Source: an uncultured delta proteobacterium (lineage in GTDB: Bacteria > Desulfobacterota > Binatia > UBA9968). From it: a stretch of 64,000 nt of DNA. Shown piece by piece: positions 62,263-64,000 of the stretch. The stretch's first letter is position 1; every line of letters begins with the position of its first letter. The notes under the pieces were generated by a model. That model searched no databases, was not told where the DNA came from, and saw only the letters and a list, made by a program, of their open reading frames with translations. Both the position numbers and the translations under genes were made by a program. Where the stretch lies: positions 64,001 through 128,000 of the forward strand of contig CAVXEP010000029.1 of assembly GCA_963760795.1 (NCBI GenBank), given 5' to 3'.

Positions 62263-63120
62263 CTATGCGCCAAGAAAATCTGTAATGAGCTTACTGACGA
62301 TGGCCGGCTGATCGTTCTGCACTTGATGTCCGGCGTTGGCGACGTAATGAAACTTTATCTTGGGCAGCATTTTTTCGAGTTGCCGTCCGAGCTCCACCGG
62401 GGCAAAACCGTCGTCCTCGCCCCAGATAAAAATCGCCGGGATCGTTAGCTTGGGCAGCGTGTCGCGCATGTCGTACTTGAGCCGCAGGTTGGCGTCCTTG
62501 GTGAGCCGCTGCTGGCCCTGTTGAAATAACTGCCGCGCGGCTTCGGCGCCCGGGCGATTGGCGCAGTCGTTGCGAACTTTGACCAGCTCGTCGGTGATCA
62601 AACTCTTGTTCCACACAATGGTTTGCAGGAATGCCCGCATGGATTCTTCGCTGCCGTTGTAGGCGCGGATCGCTTTCATGCCGGCGGTCATCGGTATTTC
62701 CATGCCCATGGCGCCGGCGATGGTATTGCTCGCGATTAGCACGAGCTTGTCGACGCGATCGGGATGTTCCAGCGCGTATTTGGCCGCGACCCAGGCGCCT
62801 TGGGAGTTGCCGCCGACGATGGCTCTTTCGATGCAGAGCGTGTCCATGAAAGCTTCGAGCTGGTCGGCGCGGCTTTGCACACCTTCACTAGCGGGAAAGT
62901 AAGGATCGGTTTCACCGAAGCCGCCGACACTGTCGGGAGCAAAGACCTCAAATTTAGGCGCGAGAGCCTGCATCGCATGGGCGAAGCCTGCTTCACCGGA
63001 CGAGCCAGGTCCGCCGCCATGGCACAACACCACCGCGGGTCCATTGTCGCCGCACTCACTGTAATGAGTGCGAATTCTTCCCGCCATTACATCGCGTTGG
63101 CGCAAAACAAATTCAGCCAT
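62263..63120 (-). CDS. Meta-cleavage-product C-C hydrolase (MhpC/BphD family)
   Basis: CHGGGPGSSG, GNSQG, IWGEDD, AGHQVQND. Confidence 0.88.
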   Translation of the reverse strand: MAEFVLRQRDVMAGRIRTHYSECGDNGPAVVLCHGGGPGSSGEAGFAHAMQALAPKFEVFAPDSVGGFGETDPYFPASEGVQSRADQLEAFMDTLCIERAIVGGNSQGAWVAAKYALEHPDRVDKLVLIASNTIAGAMGMEIPMTAGMKAIRAYNGSEESMRAFLQTIVWNKSLITDELVKVRNDCANRPGAEAARQLFQQGQQRLTKDANLRLKYDMRDTLPKLTIPAIFIWGEDDGFAPVELGRQLEKMLPKIKFHYVANAGHQVQNDQPAIVSKLITDFLGA

Positions 63121-63244
63121 GTTTATTTTCCTCCGATCGGCGCTTGTAGTTGGCGCGCGTGTGATCGCGCGGTTTGTCCCAAATGTTAGGTTCGAGAAAT
63201 GTGTAGGCGTGGGACGAAGCCATGGCGGCGACCAGTTGACCCAT
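63113..63244 (-). pseudogene. N-terminal remnant of a LigB/MhpB-type extradiol dioxygenase
   Basis: MGQLVAAMASSHAYTFLEP..W, with GGAGAGG RBS; ORF stops after 43 aa, overlapping the hydrolase start. Confidence 0.6.
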
Positions 63245-63283
63245 GGGTTTGTTCCTCTCCGGTGCGGTTTTGCCGGTGGTGAC

Positions 63284-64000
63284 TTACGGGTTGGCGCCCT
63301 GTTTCTGTTTCTCGGCGAGCATCATCGCTACCTCGACGATCATATCCTCCTGGCCGCCGACGACTTTGAGCTTGCCCAGCTCGACCAGAATATCGCGGGC
63401 ATCGACGCCGAACTGCTCGGCGGCCTTGTCGGCGTGCAGCAGGAAACTCGAGTAGACGCCGGCGTAACCCATGGTGAGACTCACTTTGCCGATGCGCACC
63501 GGCTTGGGCATGATCGGCCGCACGATATTCTCCGCTACGTCCATGATCTTCCACAGATTGATTCCGGTCTCGTAACCCATCTTGTCGAGCACGGCGGCGA
63601 TGACTTCCGTCGGCGTGTTGCCCGAGCCGGCGCCGAGGCCGCAGGTGCAAGCGTCGATCCAGCGCGCGCCGGCCTCGATGGCGGCAACGCTATTGGCGAC
63701 CGCTAGGGACATATTGTTGTGACCGTGAAATCCAACGCCGATTTTGAGCGCGTCGCGCAACGCGGCGACGCGTTGGCGCACGGTGTCGGGCATAAGCGCG
63801 CCCGCCGAATCGGTCACCAACACAACGTCGGCGCCGTAGCTCTCCATCAGCTTTCCCTGTTCGGCGATTTTTTCCGGCGCGGCCATGTGCGACAACATCA
63901 GCATGCCGATCACTTCCATGCCCATTTTCTTGGCGACGCCGATGTGCTGCTCGGCGATGTCGGCCTCGGTGACGTGAGTAGCGATCTGCGCCACCTTGGC
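63284..64000 (-). CDS. dmpG: 4-hydroxy-2-oxovalerate aldolase (5' end outside window)
   Basis: ATHVTEAD, DSAGAL, GFHGHNNMSLAVANS, GYAGVYSSFLLHA, VGGQED. Confidence 0.93.
   Translation of the reverse strand, partial: AKVAQIATHVTEADIAEQHIGVAKKMGMEVIGMLMLSHMAAPEKIAEQGKLMESYGADVVLVTDSAGALMPDTVRQRVAALRDALKIGVGFHGHNNMSLAVANSVAAIEAGARWIDACTCGLGAGSGNTPTEVIAAVLDKMGYETGINLWKIMDVAENIVRPIMPKPVRIGKVSLTMGYAGVYSSFLLHADKAAEQFGVDARDILVELGKLKVVGGQEDMIVEVAMMLAEKQKQGANP

Overview
Bacterial chromosomal window of moderately high GC. Gene content and the many orphan substrate-binding proteins suggest a Deltaproteobacteria-like lineage such as Candidatus Binatia (inference). It spans the likely replication origin: dnaA-dnaN with DnaA boxes on both sides of dnaA and a DnaA-trio unwinding element. 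The left part (1-21.4 kb) is a catabolic/uptake region with many solute-binding proteins, ALDH, benzoate-CoA ligase, amidohydrolase, ICL/PEP-mutase enzymes and a bicupin. The centre is housekeeping: hemL, Fo ATP synthase genes, gmhA, larB, thiL, lon, dnaJ-dnaK-grpE, recO, ppdK. It is followed by a type IV pilus locus (pilB, pilC, regulator, sigma54 promoter, pilA, YfhO-like glycosyltransferase). The right end has an IS481-like element with 5-bp target duplication, a HEPN-like gene, tRNA-Thr(CGT) next to an integrase remnant, and aromatic meta-cleavage genes. The most striking feature is the pilus regulator: a single ORF joining a PilS-like membrane sensor plus PAS domain directly to a PilR-like sigma54 AAA+/HTH output, with no kinase or receiver domain. 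About ten genes, including dnaJ and msrA, have single-base frameshifts that are probably sequencing indels. All calls come from motif recognition by eye, with no database searches.
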